A DNA stretch of 64,000 nt from Phallusia mammillata. Taxonomy: Eukaryota. Numbering within the stretch: position 1 is the stretch's first letter; the number at the start of each line of letters is the position of its first letter. Both the position numbers and the translations under genes were made by a program. Shown one piece after another: positions 56,336 through 64,000 of the stretch. The stretch is from positions 24,738,001 to 24,802,000 of the forward strand of contig OZ281500.1 in the NCBI GenBank assembly GCA_965637545.1, read 5' to 3'. The notes beneath the pieces are model-generated. The model made no database searches. It was given only the letters and a program-made list of their open reading frames with translations, and was not told the origin of the DNA.

Positions 56336-57687
56336 GTTTCGGCTGCTTTTTGTCGTCGGGTGCTTGTAGGTATCTCCGCTCTTATTAACATGATTTAACT
56401 TTGCACATCATTCCGACGTTGTTCGGCAAACTTCGGAAACGTTCGGATCCGAAAGTCGACGCGTCTGTAGTGTACATAGCGTCATCTTGTGGTGGATGTT
56501 GTTTTGGTGTCGATGCTTAACCGACTTCCCGTCACATCGGGATGAGAAAGGTTTTTCTGCCGGAATCAGGTCTTTGTTTCCCCGAGCACTTGTCTTCTTT
56601 TGTTCATCGCAGATCGTATATTTGTGTTGTTTATTAATGTTACGGCTTGATGAAGGCCGTAGGGGGGAATAAACATCAACCATTGCAATTACTGGGTGTC
56701 TGTGTAAATATTACTTGCAATGGCAGACCTAAGCAGCAGTTGTTCAAAGTAAGAGAAAGGCTGGTTATTTAAATTTTGAACCCAATACAATGTGAGGGCA
56801 AGCAATTGCTGTACTTATCAAACCTTGCAGGTGATAAGTCACAAAACAATTTTGGTAAATATTTTGGCAACAGCATGAACAAATTATTTGGGAGACGCTT
56901 TTTTACACAAGTATTGTTTAAAATTTGTCAAGTCTTCTACATCGAGGAACATGTAGTAAATGTCGATCCACAAATACAATGGTTCGGTAGAAACTCGAAA
57001 CTGCAGGTGTTTGTACTTTAAAGGTTGAATTTCTGAAAAAAATAATATCGTTATTTACTTATTTGGTGTTTTGCATCAAAGCCAATCTTGACACCAAGAG
57101 GACGAAACAAACATTAAAAGCTACATCAGAAATTCAAACATTTCTAATAGCATGCGGATTTTAATTGAAGTAAGCCTGGTAGCTGGTTTGCATTCGGTGC
57201 TGGCATGTTTAAAGTTTGGCATGTCAAGTGCTGTATCTTCCCGACACCAACTTAACTATCTCAGCATGTTTATCTCTCAGCTCGATAAGAAAATGTTTAA
57301 ATTGAAACTCTTGCCACGGTTTGTCTTCACTCTGACTGGAAATTATTACTTGACTGGAAAACGTAAGTACGTGTTAAATTTACAAAAGTTGTGATTTAAG
57401 TTTGACATGTCAAACAACGAAACAAATAAATTCTATGTTTCATTGCTATATCTGCTGCCACAAAAGTTTATTTAGAAAATTTATAAGAAATTTTAGAATT
57501 AAGAGTGTGTTCAAATTTTTCTGTTAGTGTTTTTACTCAGACGTTTGAATGCAAACTTTTAACGTATTTTTGTTGTAACAATGCCTGTATTGTTATACTT
57601 AAACTATTCTTTAAATGCAAGTCCTGTGTAACCTTTCTAGGTTTAATGTTATAAGATAAATCATCTCAAAAACAAACTTTCTGTGTA

Positions 57688-58629
57688 CAGTGCCGGCAAA
57701 AAAAATCTTTACATTCGGTCGGCAAAAAAAAACTTTACATGTAAATTTTGCATAAGTTCTTAGCTTACTGTTTCCGCCAAAAGCATTGTGTTACAAAAAG
57801 GCTTGTAGTTATGTCATAAGCTACTGTCTGGCTACACTTCACCGCAAAGCCATTGCTCTGCGTGTCTAGTATTGCTTTACAGCTTCGTGAATAGTAAGGT
57901 GGTGAAATCACACAATATTTTTTATTTTCCTAAAGTTTTGAGTTCTTGCAAAATTTTATTCAAACACGAATATGGGTCGAAAGAAGATGCAAATGGAAGA
58001 AAAATCTTGTGCCTTGACTTTGTTAAAGAATGTAGATTCTGTGATTGCTGTAGCTAGAAATATTGCGGGTCTCAAGAAAGGCAATTTAAGTACGGACATG
58101 CTTTTGAAGCCTGAAGTAACCTTATATCCATCTATAACCGCCCTTGAATTAAAAAACAAGCACTCTGAGCTTCTCCACAACGTTTCAAACAGGAAAATTC
58201 GTCATCGACTTTAGAAGGATCTTAGGCTACCATGTCGCCAGGCAGCAAAGAAGCCCATGCTCACTACAGAAATCACAGAATCTACATTCTTTAACAAAGT
58301 CAAGGCACAAGATTTTTCTTCCATTTGCATCTTCTTTCGACCCATATTCGTGTTTGAATAAAATTTTGCAAGACCTCGAAACTTTAGGAAAATAAAAAAT
58401 ATTGCGTGATTTCACCACCTTACTATTCACGAAGCTGTAAAGCAACATTAGGCACGCAGAGCAATGGCTTTGCTTTAAAGTGTAGCCAGACAGTAGCTTA
58501 TGACATAACTACAAGCGTTTTTGTAACACAATGCTTTTGGCGGAAACAGTAAGCTTAGAACTTATGCAGAATTTACATGTAAAGTTTTTTTTTGCCGACC
58601 GAATGTAAAGATTTTTTTTGCCGGCACTG
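57688..58629. mobile_element. Tc1/mariner-derived foldback element with 366-bp inverted arms and transposase remnant
   Basis: TA|CAGTGCCGGC...GCCGGCACTG|TA; arms 57688-58053 and 58264-58629. ORF 57972-58262 reads MGRKKMQMEEKSCALTLLK..TDMLLKPEVTLYPSITALELKNKHSELLHNVSNRKIRHRL*KDLRLPCRQAAKKPMLT, a Tc1 HTH region with an internal deletion and a stop. Confidence 0.92.
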
Positions 58630-58696
58630 TACAAGTAAACTTTCACATGTGTAATTACCCGCCAAATGTTTTCAGTTTTAAATCTGATACATCGCA

Positions 58697-63864
<5,168 letters not shown>

Positions 63865-64000
63865 GTGAAACGGTTTTACTTTAAAACATGTTTTACTTGT
63901 AAGCAACTTTAGTAGCGGGTTAAAATTGTGATAACTTAAATGTCTAGTAAATTGATTCTGGGAAGCATTCCCAATTCTGTTACCAGATTCTATTTGAAAA

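Noticed and set aside
63987-63998. ATTCTATTTGAA matches the first 12 nt of the ascidian spliced leader (ATTCTATTTGAATAAG)
   Set aside because: It diverges at the next base, lies in a myosin intron in AT-rich sequence and is cut off by the window edge. Chance is likely.

Overview
AT-rich, compact eukaryotic genomic DNA with short GT-AG introns. Gene content and operon-like packing suggest an ascidian/tunicate, but the organism is my inference. I rebuilt the genes by hand, splicing phase-compatible exons. In order: a GMEB1/2-like SAND-domain factor (minus strand, running off the left edge); an unrecognised candidate multi-exon gene with a tandemly duplicated exon module; two identical tRNA-Asp(GTC) genes; CCDC34 (-); LRMDA/C10orf11 (+); PHF10 (+); TMEM186 (-); NME1/2-type NDP kinase (-); Elongin A (+); synaptotagmin-1-type (+); and the 5' part of a muscle myosin II heavy chain (+), which continues off the right edge. 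Introns hold many non-autonomous transposons: hAT MITEs with 8-bp TSDs (nested and abutting), Tc1/pogo MITEs, a Tc1 foldback element and a ~157-bp satellite with a Helitron-like end. The most striking unannotated signal is a dispersed set of at least six minimal hammerhead-ribozyme-like motifs (CTGATGA-stem-GAAA-GTC) in introns, one inside a 147-bp insert flanked by a 15-bp TSD. Other notable items are two candidate operons and a 37-codon ADP/ATP-translocase fragment lying antisense in synaptotagmin intron 1. All family assignments come from motif recognition; no database searches were run.
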